From Clostridia bacterium (GTDB lineage: Bacteria; Bacillota; Clostridia; TANB77; UBA1234), in contig JAFUGH010000018.1 of assembly GCA_017469465.1 (NCBI GenBank), positions 31,149 through 95,148 on the forward strand: a stretch of 64,000 nt of DNA, given 5' to 3'. Made by a program: the position numbers and the translations under genes. Each line of letters opens with the position of its first letter. Position 1 is the stretch's first letter. This document shows, piece after piece, positions 48,294 through 57,658 of this stretch. The notes under the pieces are model-generated. The model was not told the origin of the DNA. It was given only the letters and a program-made list of their open reading frames with translations, and did not search any database.

Positions 48294-48572
48294 TTATTTC
48301 TTTTTCGTTGTTTTATCTCCAGCGTGACCTTTAAAAGTTCTTGTTGGAGCAAATTCACCTAATTTATGACCTATCATTTCGTCAGATATATATATTGGAA
48401 CATGTTTTCTTCCATCATGTACCGCGATTGTATGTCCAACCATTTGAGGGAATATTGTAGAAGCTCTTGACCAAGTTTTTAAAACATCTTTTTTATTCTC
48501 TTCGTTCATTTTTTCTATTCTAGCAAGTAATTTAGCATCTACATATGGACCTTTTTTAATTGATCTAGCCAT
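48294..48572 (-). CDS. rpsS: 30S ribosomal protein S19
   Basis: 92 aa, conserved S19 sequence. Confidence 0.97.
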   Translation of the reverse strand: MARSIKKGPYVDAKLLARIEKMNEENKKDVLKTWSRASTIFPQMVGHTIAVHDGRKHVPIYISDEMIGHKLGEFAPTRTFKGHAGDKTTKKK

Positions 48573-48588
48573 TTAACTTTTCCTCCTT

Positions 48589-49422
48589 CTATTTAGAATT
48601 TCTTCTCTTAACGATAAACTTGTTACTAGCTTTTTTCTTATTTCTAGTCTTATATCCAAGAGCTGGTTTACCCCAAGGAGTAACAGGTCCTGGTCTACCA
48701 ACTGGTGATTTACCTTCACCACCACCATGAGGGTGATCATTAGGATTCATTACAGAACCTCTAACTTCTGGTCTATGACCTAACCATCTGCTCTTACCTG
48801 CTTTACCAAGTTTAATGTTTTCATGATCAGAGTTACCTACTTCACCAATAACAGCTCTGCAGTTAACACTTACAAGTCTCATTTCTCCAGAAGGAAGTCT
48901 TACGTGAGCGTATTTATCCTCTCTAGCCATAAGTTGAGCACTATTACCAGCACTTCTTACCATTTGAGCACCTTTACCAGGTTTTAATTCAATACAGTAA
49001 ATTAATGTACCAACAGGAATATTGCTAATTGGTAAGCAGTTACCTGGTTTAATATCGGCATTTGGTCCTGACATAACTTTGTCATTAACTTTTAGTCCTT
49101 TAGGTGCTATTATATATGCTTTTTCTCCATCTTCATATTGAAGTAAAGCAATATTTGCACTTCTATTTGGATCATATTCAATAGCAACAACTGTTGCTGG
49201 AACATCATCTTTTCTTCTTTTAAAATCTATAATTCTATATTTTCTTCTAGATCCACCACCTTGATGTCTAACTGTGATTCTACCATATGAATTTCTACCT
49301 GCATGTTTCTTTAAACTTGTTGTCAATGATCTTTCAGGTTTGTTTTTTGTAATTTCTTCAAAAGTAGATACAGACATATTTCTTCTTGATGGTGTGGTTG
49401 GTTGATATTGTTTAATACCCAT
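48589..49422 (-). CDS. rplB: 50S ribosomal protein L2
   Basis: 277 aa, conserved L2 sequence. Confidence 0.97.
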   Translation of the reverse strand: MGIKQYQPTTPSRRNMSVSTFEEITKNKPERSLTTSLKKHAGRNSYGRITVRHQGGGSRRKYRIIDFKRRKDDVPATVVAIEYDPNRSANIALLQYEDGEKAYIIAPKGLKVNDKVMSGPNADIKPGNCLPISNIPVGTLIYCIELKPGKGAQMVRSAGNSAQLMAREDKYAHVRLPSGEMRLVSVNCRAVIGEVGNSDHENIKLGKAGKSRWLGHRPEVRGSVMNPNDHPHGGGEGKSPVGRPGPVTPWGKPALGYKTRNKKKASNKFIVKRRNSK

Positions 49423-49517
49423 TTTTATTATCTCCTTTTAATTTATTTTGTTTTTGGCTAACTTTGCAGATTCTTGTTATTGGGTTGTATAACAATCATC
49501 TCTACATTTTAGCTTAA

Positions 49518-49569
49518 TTCGTAGTAGCGAACTGTGTTCGCCAAGGAGCACATAGTGCTCCTCTACGAA
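49518..49569. repeat. Family-A tail-to-tail doublet, abutting
   Basis: TTCGTAG-TAGCGAACTGTGTTCGCC-AA-GGAGCACATAGTGCTCC-TCTACGAA. The outer heads are complementary. Confidence 0.85.
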
Positions 49570-49581
49570 TAAATTCGCTTC

Positions 49582-49929
49582 TTAAGCACCAAACTCCTCG
49601 ATAGAAGTCTTATATTTTTTCGCAGAAATTGTCTTTTCTTTTCCGCCTTTTTCTAAATATTTCATATCAGAAGGATTTGTATCTATTGTAACAATAGCTT
49701 TTTTCCAATCTGATGTCGTTCCACTATGAACACCTTGTCTCTTTGGTTTTCCTTTCACATTGATAGTTGAAACATTTACAACTTTAACGCCGAATAGTTT
49801 TTCAACTGCATTTCTAATATCAATTTTAGTAGCTTTTTTAGCAACTTTGAATGTGTACTTTCCTTCGTTCATAGCATAATTACTTTTTTCAGTAATGATA
49901 GGTTTGATTATGATATCTTCAGCAACCAT
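49582..49929 (-). CDS. rplW: 50S ribosomal protein L23
   Basis: 115 aa. Conserved L23 core with a short C-terminal extension. Confidence 0.95.
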   Translation of the reverse strand: MVAEDIIIKPIITEKSNYAMNEGKYTFKVAKKATKIDIRNAVEKLFGVKVVNVSTINVKGKPKRQGVHSGTTSDWKKAIVTIDTNPSDMKYLEKGGKEKTISAKKYKTSIEEFGA

Positions 49930-50549
49930 TATGCGTACACCTCCTCAATTTTAGCTACAGCATCTTTAGTTACAACTAATGTGTCATATTTTAAGATGTC
50001 ATAAGTATTAATTGTATTTACTAAAGCAGTTTTAACATTTGGAATGTTTCTAGCTGAAGCTTCAACATTTATATTTTTATCTGAAATAACAACTAGAGCT
50101 TTTGAAACTTTAATATTTTCTAGAACTTTAGCCATATTTTTGGTTTTAATTTCATCAAAGTTTAATGAATCTAAAACAACAATGCTGTTTTCATTAACTT
50201 TTGATGTTAAAGCAGATTTAAGAGCAAGTCTCTTAACTTTCTTATTTAATGTATATTTGAATGATCTTGGTTTTGGTCCTAATGCTATACCACCTTTAAT
50301 CCATTGTGGAGCTCTAATGCTACCTTGTCTAGCACGACCTGTACCTTTTTGTTTCCAAGGTTTCTTTCCGCCGCCTCTAACTTCGCTACGAGTTTTAGTA
50401 GATGCAGTACCTTGTCTTTGATTAGCTAAATAATTAAGAACTACATCATGCATAACACTTTCATTTACTTCAACAGCAAAAATGCTATCTGCAAGTTCTA
50501 TATCGCCAACCTTTTTACCTTCCATGTTTAATAATTCAACTTTAGGCAT
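49929..50549 (-). CDS. rplD: 50S ribosomal protein L4
   Basis: 206 aa. [19 protein letters not shown]. Confidence 0.97.
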   Translation of the reverse strand: MPKVELLNMEGKKVGDIELADSIFAVEVNESVMHDVVLNYLANQRQGTASTKTRSEVRGGGKKPWKQKGTGRARQGSIRAPQWIKGGIALGPKPRSFKYTLNKKVKRLALKSALTSKVNENSIVVLDSLNFDEIKTKNMAKVLENIKVSKALVVISDKNINVEASARNIPNVKTALVNTINTYDILKYDTLVVTKDAVAKIEEVYA

Positions 50550-50567
50550 TTACTTTTCCTCCTTCCA

Positions 50568-51218
50568 TTATTTAGCGCTCTTAGCTACAGCAGTTCTAGC
50601 AGCATCTTTAATTCTTACTAAAGATTTCTTATATCCTGGAACAGAACCTTTAATTAAGATAACGTTCTTATCCATATCAACTTTCACTACTTGTAGGTTT
50701 TGAACTGTAATAGTTTCTTTACCTGTTTGTCCTGGTAATTTCTTACCTGGGAATACTCTTCCTGGAGAAGATGTAGGTCCCATAGAACCTGGTCTTCTAT
50801 GATACATACTACCATGTCCTTTTGGTCCAATGTGTTGACCATGTCTCTTAATAACACCTTGGAAACCTTTTCCTTTAGAAGTTCCTTGAACATCAACTAA
50901 TTCTCCAGCTTCAAAAATATCAGCTTTAATTTCATCTCCAACATTATAAGAATCAATATTATCAATTCTTAACTCTTTAATATATTTTTTGTAAGCAATT
51001 CCTGCTTTATCAAATATACCTTTCATTGGTTTATTTACATGTTTTTCTTTTACTTCTCCTGTAGCAACTTGGATTGCATTGTATCCATCTGTTTCAACTG
51101 TTTTCTTTGCGATAACAACGCAAGGCTCAACTTCTACAACTGTAACTGGAATAACTAAACCGTTTTCATCAAAAATTTGTGTCATTCCTAATTTTTTACC
51201 GTAAATTCCTTTTTTCAT
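50568..51218 (-). CDS. rplC: 50S ribosomal protein L3
   Basis: Start moved to [14 protein letters not shown] (ATG at 51218, AAGGAGGT RBS). Confidence 0.97.
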   Translation of the reverse strand: MKKGIYGKKLGMTQIFDENGLVIPVTVVEVEPCVVIAKKTVETDGYNAIQVATGEVKEKHVNKPMKGIFDKAGIAYKKYIKELRIDNIDSYNVGDEIKADIFEAGELVDVQGTSKGKGFQGVIKRHGQHIGPKGHGSMYHRRPGSMGPTSSPGRVFPGKKLPGQTGKETITVQNLQVVKVDMDKNVILIKGSVPGYKKSLVRIKDAARTAVAKSAK

Positions 51219-51253
51219 TTTTAAAATACCTCCTTGGTTATTGGTTCTTTTTT

Positions 51254-51413
51254 GTAGCAACGAACATACATGATACTGTTTGAATAAGAGTGAAATACAG
51301 TATCAACATACACAGTAACGTTCGCCATGTTATGCTCCCTTTAAGAACATGACCTCAATTCCTATACTGCTATTTTAGAAAATCATCTATGGTAAACACT
51401 GTTCACCATTACG
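51254..51413. repeat. Two family-A units, the first with an expanded loop
   Basis: GTAGC-AACGAAC[~54 nt containing hairpin GATACTGT/ACAGTATC]GTTCGCC-AT (51254..51328), and ATGGTAAACACTGTTCACCATTACG (51389..51413). Confidence 0.75.
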
Positions 51414-51457
51414 ATTGTTTCAAATCGTTATCGTATCATACATATATTGTATAGACA

Positions 51458-51802
51458 TTATTCATCGATTTTCATTTCAGCTTCAACACCAGCAGGTAAT
51501 TCAACTTTCATAAGAGCTTCTGCTGTTTTAGCTGTAGGATAAAGAATGTCAATAACTCTCTTATGTGTTCTTAATTCAAATTGTTCTCTTGAATCTTTGT
51601 ACTTATGTGGTGATCTAATAACTGTTACGACTTCTTTTCTTGTAGGTAGTGGAATTGGACCTGAAACGCTTGCACCCGTACGTTTAGCCGTATCTACTAT
51701 TTTTTGAGCAGACTGATCTAAGATCGCATGATCGAAAGCTTTTAGTCTAATTCTAATTCTTTCCTTTCCTACTTCTGTTGTTGTTTTCTTTGCTTTTGGC
51801 AT
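51458..51802 (-). CDS. rpsJ: 30S ribosomal protein S10
   Basis: 114 aa. Conserved S10 core after a short basic N-terminal extension. Confidence 0.96.
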   Translation of the reverse strand: MPKAKKTTTEVGKERIRIRLKAFDHAILDQSAQKIVDTAKRTGASVSGPIPLPTRKEVVTVIRSPHKYKDSREQFELRTHKRVIDILYPTAKTAEALMKVELPAGVEAEMKIDE

Positions 51803-52021
51803 TTGGTTTCCCTCCTAAATATTAAATATTTGTGCCGACAAAGCATACACGCACCCGGGTGTTTCATTTTTACCCTTAATTAAACCCAAGCGTAACGCCT
51901 GGGGAAAGTGCATTTTCTTACCCTTGTCGCCCGATTTGAAATCAGACATACTCCGCAAGAGTTCCCTGCCACTGTGGGCAGCCACATCTTGCATCAACGC
52001 ATAATCACATCGTTCATTATT
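51803..52021 (-). promoter_or_regulatory. About 220-nt GC-rich structured 5' leader of the S10 operon (class unknown)
   Basis: Lies between a near-consensus promoter and the rpsJ RBS. Several hairpins can be drawn by hand, including GCAAGA/UCUUGC around CUGCC-N6-GGCAG, CCAGGCG-UUA-CGCUUGG, and two similar AAGGGUAA..AAAUG..CAC..CCC modules. Confidence 0.5.
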
Positions 52022-52028
52022 ATACACG

Positions 52029-52057
52029 CCTTTTCCGTAAGATGCAAGAGTTTTTTT
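52029..52057 (-). promoter_or_regulatory. Sigma-70-type promoter of the S10 operon
   Basis: On the minus strand: TTGCAT, 17-nt spacer, TATAAT, 16 nt downstream of the rpe stop. Confidence 0.65.
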
Positions 52058-52072
52058 GAATATTTTTTATTT

Positions 52073-52774
52073 TTATGTAAAATATTTCATTTCTTCTATT
52101 ACATGCTTTCTATCTTCTGATTTAAAAATGGAAGTACCTGCTACAATTACGTTAGCACCAGTGGCCTTTACTTCTTTAATATTCTTTAAATTAATACCAC
52201 CATCCACTTCAATATCCAACTTTGGTTCTAGTCGTTTAAGCTCTTTTACTTTTTTTAAACAATCTTCAATCATTACTTGTCCTCCAAAGCCTGGTTCTAC
52301 CGTCATTACTAAGACCATATCAAGGCTTGAAAAAAATGGAAGAAGGTCTTTTATTGGTGTATTTGGTTTTATCGCTATACTCGCCTTCATTCCGTATTGA
52401 TGTAGCCTATCTATCAGTTGATGGGCAGTATTTGTTGTTACTGCTTCAATATGAAATGAAATAATATCACTAGAATGCTGATGCGTATCATGTAGCTTTG
52501 CAATGTCAGGAATATTATGCAATAACATGTATTTTGAAAAAATTTCATCTATCCATTCTTTAGGATTATCTACCATTAAGTGTGTATCAATTGGTAAATT
52601 TGTTGCTTTTTTTGCCTTTTGATACATTTCAAGACCTTTGGTTTCATTTGCAACGAATTTTCCATCCATAATATCCACATGTATCAAATCTGCTCCAGCG
52701 TCTACTACGCTTTTGATTTCTTGTTCTAAATTTTCAAAACTAGCTGCTAAAATGGAAGGGGCAATCTTTACCAT
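52073..52774 (-). CDS. rpe: Ribulose-phosphate 3-epimerase
   Basis: 233 aa. HVDIMDG and MTVEPGFGGQ motifs. Confidence 0.92.
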   Translation of the reverse strand: MVKIAPSILAASFENLEQEIKSVVDAGADLIHVDIMDGKFVANETKGLEMYQKAKKATNLPIDTHLMVDNPKEWIDEIFSKYMLLHNIPDIAKLHDTHQHSSDIISFHIEAVTTNTAHQLIDRLHQYGMKASIAIKPNTPIKDLLPFFSSLDMVLVMTVEPGFGGQVMIEDCLKKVKELKRLEPKLDIEVDGGINLKNIKEVKATGANVIVAGTSIFKSEDRKHVIEEMKYFT

Positions 52775-53622
52775 TTCTTTTCCTCCTTCAATTTTTTATA
52801 TAGCATACAATATCTTTCATATCTGCCTTTATCTATTTTTTTTCTTTCAACTGCTTTCTTTATTCCACAGTTTGCTTCTTTTATATGTGTACAGCTTCTA
52901 AATTCACATTTAGATAGCTCTGGAGCAAATTCAATAAAATATTCATCTAAATCTTTATATGATATTCCTTGAACTTCATAAGAAGAAAAACCAGGTGTAT
53001 CTGCAATAAAAGTATCTGGCGCAATTTCAAAAAGTTCAACATATTTAGTAGTATGCCTACCTTTCAAAGTTTTTTCTGATATTTCTCCCTCTTCTGAAAT
53101 TACTTGCTTAAAAATATTATTTGTAAGAGCAGACTTTCCAACGCCAGAGTTTCCTGTAAAAGCCGTAATTTTCCCTTTAAGTAAAACGGCTAATTTATCA
53201 ATTCCCAATCCATTTTTTGCATCTGTTGTTATCACTTGATATCCTATTTTTTCATATGTATCTATAATTTCATTACAATCATCATTTAAGTCAATTTTGT
53301 TTAAGCAAATAAGGATGTCTACTCCATTTTTCTCAGCCATAACTAATTGCTTATCTAAAAGTGTAAAATCTGGTTTAGGATTTTCTGTTGCCATCACCAT
53401 AATAATCTGATCAACGTTAGCAATAGGTGGTCGAATAAACTCATTTTTTCTTGGAAAAATTTTGTCTATTGACCATTCCTCATTTAGATTAACCAAATCT
53501 CCAACCAATGGTTTTAATTTTAAAAACTTAATATTGCCTTTTGCTAGACATTTGAATACCTTTCCATCTTCGGTTTTTACTTTATATAAATTGGGTTCTA
53601 CTTTCAAAACTCTTCCTAACAT
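52768..53622 (-). CDS. rsgA: Ribosome small-subunit-dependent GTPase A
   Basis: 284 aa. Circularly permuted GTPase (NKIDL, GNSGVGKS) and a C-terminal zinc cluster. Confidence 0.92.
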   Translation of the reverse strand: MLGRVLKVEPNLYKVKTEDGKVFKCLAKGNIKFLKLKPLVGDLVNLNEEWSIDKIFPRKNEFIRPPIANVDQIIMVMATENPKPDFTLLDKQLVMAEKNGVDILICLNKIDLNDDCNEIIDTYEKIGYQVITTDAKNGLGIDKLAVLLKGKITAFTGNSGVGKSALTNNIFKQVISEEGEISEKTLKGRHTTKYVELFEIAPDTFIADTPGFSSYEVQGISYKDLDEYFIEFAPELSKCEFRSCTHIKEANCGIKKAVERKKIDKGRYERYCMLYKKLKEEKKW

Positions 53623-53706
53623 TATTTCTCCTCTTCTTATTTTATAGAAAAATGAGTGATAAAAAGTTTTTTATATAATAGAAGTCACTTTGCTCTTCCA
53701 TATAGT

Positions 53707-53732
53707 CTCACTTCTCATCACTCACTTCTCAC
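53707..53732. repeat. Heptad-periodic GAG tract in the pknB-rsgA spacer
   Basis: The minus-strand RNA reads GUGAGAA GUGAGUG AUGAGAA GUGAGAC, which is four GAG triplets with a 7-nt period. Confidence 0.65.
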
Positions 53733-53735
53733 TTT

Positions 53736-55718
53736 TTATTTTAATACTTGCTCCGAATCTAATTTACCATCAATGTATAATTTTAAATATGCACCTGGTG
53801 CATCTGTGACGTATACGCCAATTGTACCATCATTTCTTGTATGCTTGCCTTCATATTCCACTCTTGTTCCTAAAGCAACACTTTCCAATGTAACTTTTAC
53901 ATCAAATTCTTCTCTTTGACCTTTATTTGATAAATTAATATTAATTAATCTTTGCCCTTCATGAGCGTTATTGCTTCCAGTATTTTCAGCTTTATTTGGT
54001 GTATTATCTTCCTTTTCTTCTGGCAATTTATTAACCACAATTACAACTGTTGACAATTCTGAAAGAAGTTCATCTGCATTTGGATTTTGACTAATAACGA
54101 TTCCATCTTGTTTATCAGGATCATTTACTGTTGTAACTTCCGGTAACAATTTTGAGTCTGTAATTTTTTTAGAAGCCTTAGCTTCTGTTTCGCCTATAAC
54201 ATTTGGAACATATATTAACCCTGTTTGAGCGCCTTTACTAATATAAACTGTCACAATAGAACCAGCTGCAACTTCTGTATTTACAGATGGTGTTTGTTCA
54301 ATGATATCTCCTGAAGGTATATCTTTACTATATTTATACTCAGCTTTATACACTAATCCTCTTTGCTCTATTTCTATTTTAGCAACATCTGCAGTAGAGC
54401 TTGTTACATCAGGAACTAAAATAGACTTATTGCCTTTACTTACAGTAACTTGAACTGTTGCACCTTCTTTTAACTCACGACCATCTTTTGGTGATTGACT
54501 TTCAATGTAACCTGAAGGATATTTTTCACTTTCAACAGTTGCTGTAATTTCCATGACAAGTTTATTAGATTCTAAAACTTTTTTTGCCTCTTCTTGTTCC
54601 ATTCCTTCAACTAATGGAACTTTTATTGAAGGTGTTCCACCAAAAATATCTCCTATCACATAATTTCCTAACATAAAAGCAACAACAAATAGAATTATAA
54701 TAAAGATTAACATTAATATCAGTTTTACAACTGCTTGTTTTTTCGTTATTCCCTTTTTCATTTCATTTTCCTCTTTTTCATTAACTTTTTTCTTAGGATT
54801 GCCATCTTTTTTATCTAATCCAACAATAGGTATCTTTTGTGTAGGAAATTCCCCTTCCCTTCTAATTGTAACTACAGCATTTGGAATATCACTAGGGCTT
54901 TTTAATATTTTTTCCAAATCGCTATACATTTCATGTGCCGTTTGATATCTATTGGAGATATCCTTAGACATTGCCTTCATAATGATATCATTAACGCCTA
55001 TTGGAAGTTCTTGATTTAATTCTATTGGTTCAATAGGTTCTTCTTGAATATGCTTCAATGCAACGGAAACAGGTGTATCAGCATCAAACGGAAGCGAGCC
55101 AGTAACCATTTCATAAAGCACAACACCCAACGAATATATATCAGATCTTGCATCTGTATAGCCACCTCTAGCATGCTCAGGTGAAAAATAATGCACACTG
55201 CCTACGGTATTTCCCATAACATTAATGGTAGAATTTGAAACTGCTTTTGCAATTCCAAAATCAGTTACCTTAGCGATATTATCTTTAGTAATGATAATAT
55301 TATGCGGTTTTATATCTCTATGTACAATGTGATTTGCATGAGCTTTACTTAATCCTGCTGCAATTTGTGAGGCAATATTCACAGCCTCTCTCCATGGTAA
55401 TTTTCCATTTTCTTTTATTACTTCTTTTAATGTTTTACCTTCAATTAGCTCCATTACAATATAATGAAAGTTTTCTTCATTTCCAACATCATATACAGAA
55501 ACAATATTGGAATGTGAAAGACTAGCAGCAGCTTGTGCCTCCACTTGAAATCTTTTTATAAATTCTGTGTCATTTGCAAATTCATCTTTTAAAATTTTTA
55601 CTGCTACATATCTATTTAATATTTTGTCCTTAGCTTTATATACCGTTGCCATTCCGCCAACGCCTATCTCTTCTAAAATTTCATATCTATTGCCAAGTAC
55701 TTTTCCCTTTAACTCCAT
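53736..55718 (-). CDS. prkC: Ser/Thr protein kinase with extracellular PASTA repeats
   Basis: 660 aa. Hanks kinase motifs (HRDIKPHN, DFG), a TM helix and PASTA repeats. Confidence 0.93.
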   Translation of the reverse strand: MELKGKVLGNRYEILEEIGVGGMATVYKAKDKILNRYVAVKILKDEFANDTEFIKRFQVEAQAAASLSHSNIVSVYDVGNEENFHYIVMELIEGKTLKEVIKENGKLPWREAVNIASQIAAGLSKAHANHIVHRDIKPHNIIITKDNIAKVTDFGIAKAVSNSTINVMGNTVGSVHYFSPEHARGGYTDARSDIYSLGVVLYEMVTGSLPFDADTPVSVALKHIQEEPIEPIELNQELPIGVNDIIMKAMSKDISNRYQTAHEMYSDLEKILKSPSDIPNAVVTIRREGEFPTQKIPIVGLDKKDGNPKKKVNEKEENEMKKGITKKQAVVKLILMLIFIIILFVVAFMLGNYVIGDIFGGTPSIKVPLVEGMEQEEAKKVLESNKLVMEITATVESEKYPSGYIESQSPKDGRELKEGATVQVTVSKGNKSILVPDVTSSTADVAKIEIEQRGLVYKAEYKYSKDIPSGDIIEQTPSVNTEVAAGSIVTVYISKGAQTGLIYVPNVIGETEAKASKKITDSKLLPEVTTVNDPDKQDGIVISQNPNADELLSELSTVVIVVNKLPEEKEDNTPNKAENTGSNNAHEGQRLININLSNKGQREEFDVKVTLESVALGTRVEYEGKHTRNDGTIGVYVTDAPGAYLKLYIDGKLDSEQVLK

Positions 55719-55733
55719 TTTTCAGCCTCCTGA

Positions 55734-56477
55734 TTAATCTTTAGAAATTAAAATTACACTAACATTATCATAACCGCCATTCTCGTTAGCCATATCAATT
55801 AATTTCTTACAAGTGTTACTTAAATCGTTCTTTCCATTAACAATAGTATCATAAATTTCATTTGTAGAAACCATATTTGTTAAGCCATCTGTACACATAA
55901 GAAGTATATCATCCTTGATAAATCCTTTTACTAAAATATCCGGTTCCAACTTTCTTTCACATCCAACCACTTTCATCAATATATTTTTCTGTGGATGATT
56001 TTCAGCTTCTTCTCTAGTAATTGTCCCTTGATCCAATAAAGCTTGGACATACGAATGGTCTTTTGTTAGTTGTCTAATGATATTTTTTCTGATTCTATAT
56101 ATTCGGCTATCGCCAACATGACCAATATATACTCTATTTCGATACAAAATTGCAAGTACAATTGTTGTTCCCATTCCTTTATATTCTTTTTGATTTAAAG
56201 ATTTATTATAGATAAACTTATTCGCTGCTAATATAGCTTGATAAATTAAATTTTCAATTGTGTAATCATCAAAATTAATATTTTCTACATTAGCATCTAT
56301 GTAATCCTTTATTACCTCCACTGCTGCGGTACTTGCAACTTCTCCTCCATTTACTCCGCCCATACCATCAGCAATAATAAAGTATTTTAGTTCATTTTTT
56401 ACTGTCGGTAAATAAATTCTATCTTGATTTTCCTTTCGTGATTTTCCAATATCACTTATACCATAAAATCTCATCAT
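55734..56477 (-). CDS. prpC: PP2C-family Ser/Thr phosphatase
   Basis: 247 aa. DIGKSRKENQD, ADGMGG and CTDGL motifs. Confidence 0.92.
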   Translation of the reverse strand: MMRFYGISDIGKSRKENQDRIYLPTVKNELKYFIIADGMGGVNGGEVASTAAVEVIKDYIDANVENINFDDYTIENLIYQAILAANKFIYNKSLNQKEYKGMGTTIVLAILYRNRVYIGHVGDSRIYRIRKNIIRQLTKDHSYVQALLDQGTITREEAENHPQKNILMKVVGCERKLEPDILVKGFIKDDILLMCTDGLTNMVSTNEIYDTIVNGKNDLSNTCKKLIDMANENGGYDNVSVILISKD

Positions 56478-56616
56478 TTATCCCCTCCTGTCGTACTAAT
56501 TCTATACTATTATATAATTAAATATACTACGTGTCCACAATTTTTATTCTAATTTAATTATGTTCTTGTCACTTATAATTTACTTTACTTGTAGCCTCTG
56601 ATAGAAACTTATGAAA

Positions 56617-57642
56617 TTATTCAGACTGTTTTTGATCACGCACTAGTTGCCCACATGCAGCACTAATATCAGATCCAAGCTCTCTTCTGACAGTAGCAAC
56701 TATTCCTCTATCGTTTAAAGTATCTCTAAATGCCAAAATTTTTTCTGTACTGCTTTTTTCATATTTGCCACCTTTAATCTTATTAACAGGAATCAAATTT
56801 ACATGGCAAAGCATACCTTTTAGTAGACGTGATAAATGTATTGCATCTTCACGACTATCATTTACACCGTCAACTAATGCATATTCAAAAGTTATTCTTC
56901 TATTTGTTTTGGCAATGTATTGTTTACAAGCTTCCAGTACTTCTTCAATATTGTACACTTTATTGATAGGCATCATATCTGTTCTAACATTATCGTGACT
57001 ACTATGAAGAGAAATACATAAATTACATTGAATATTTTCATCTGCAAGCATCTTAATTTTAGGAACTATTCCACAAGTTGATAAGCTAATATGTCTCGCT
57101 CCTATATTTAATCCTTTAGGATCATTAATCAATCTGATTGCTTTAATGACATTATCATAATTATCTAAAGGCTCACCAATTCCCATAAAAACGATATTAG
57201 AAACAACTTCACCAGATTCTTTTTGAACTTTTAAAATTTGTCCAACAATTTCTCCAGGCGTCATATTTCTTACAAAACCAATTTTTGCAGAAGCACAAAA
57301 ATTACACCCCATCTTACAACCAATTTGATTAGAAATACATGCAGTATATCCATATTTATACTTCATCAATACGCTCTCAATCGCATGTCCATCATTTAAC
57401 TGAAATAAATACTTTATGGTACCATCTTTCGATTTTTGAAAATTTATTAAAGTTAGTTGATTTAATATAAAATTATCTTTTAGTTTATTGATTAATTCTT
57501 TCGAGATGTCTGTCATTTCGTCAAAAGATTCTATCCCTTTGTAAAGCCACGCATAAATTTGTTTTGCACGGAATTTCTTTTCTCCCATTTTTAATAATAA
57601 TTCTTCTAATTCTTCATAATATAAGTCACGAATATTAATCAT
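56617..57642 (-). CDS. rlmN: 23S rRNA/tRNA adenine-C2 methyltransferase RlmN (radical SAM)
   Basis: 341 aa. CxxxCxxC (CKMGCNFC) and a conserved C-terminal Cys. Confidence 0.93.
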   Translation of the reverse strand: MINIRDLYYEELEELLLKMGEKKFRAKQIYAWLYKGIESFDEMTDISKELINKLKDNFILNQLTLINFQKSKDGTIKYLFQLNDGHAIESVLMKYKYGYTACISNQIGCKMGCNFCASAKIGFVRNMTPGEIVGQILKVQKESGEVVSNIVFMGIGEPLDNYDNVIKAIRLINDPKGLNIGARHISLSTCGIVPKIKMLADENIQCNLCISLHSSHDNVRTDMMPINKVYNIEEVLEACKQYIAKTNRRITFEYALVDGVNDSREDAIHLSRLLKGMLCHVNLIPVNKIKGGKYEKSSTEKILAFRDTLNDRGIVATVRRELGSDISAACGQLVRDQKQSE

Positions 57643-57658
57643 ACTCTCATTCCTTTAA

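Noticed and set aside
486-51413. Possibility that the recurring palindromes are a CRISPR array or arrays
   Set aside because: The copies are dispersed over 50 kb with irregular spacing and occur in both orientations, singly or in inverted pairs. They always sit between genes, and there is no repeat-spacer periodicity and no cas genes.
51815-52027. 70-aa minus-strand ORF upstream of rpsJ
   Set aside because: It begins essentially at the predicted transcription start, has no RBS, and overlaps the hairpin-rich leader. I treated it as a non-coding leader.
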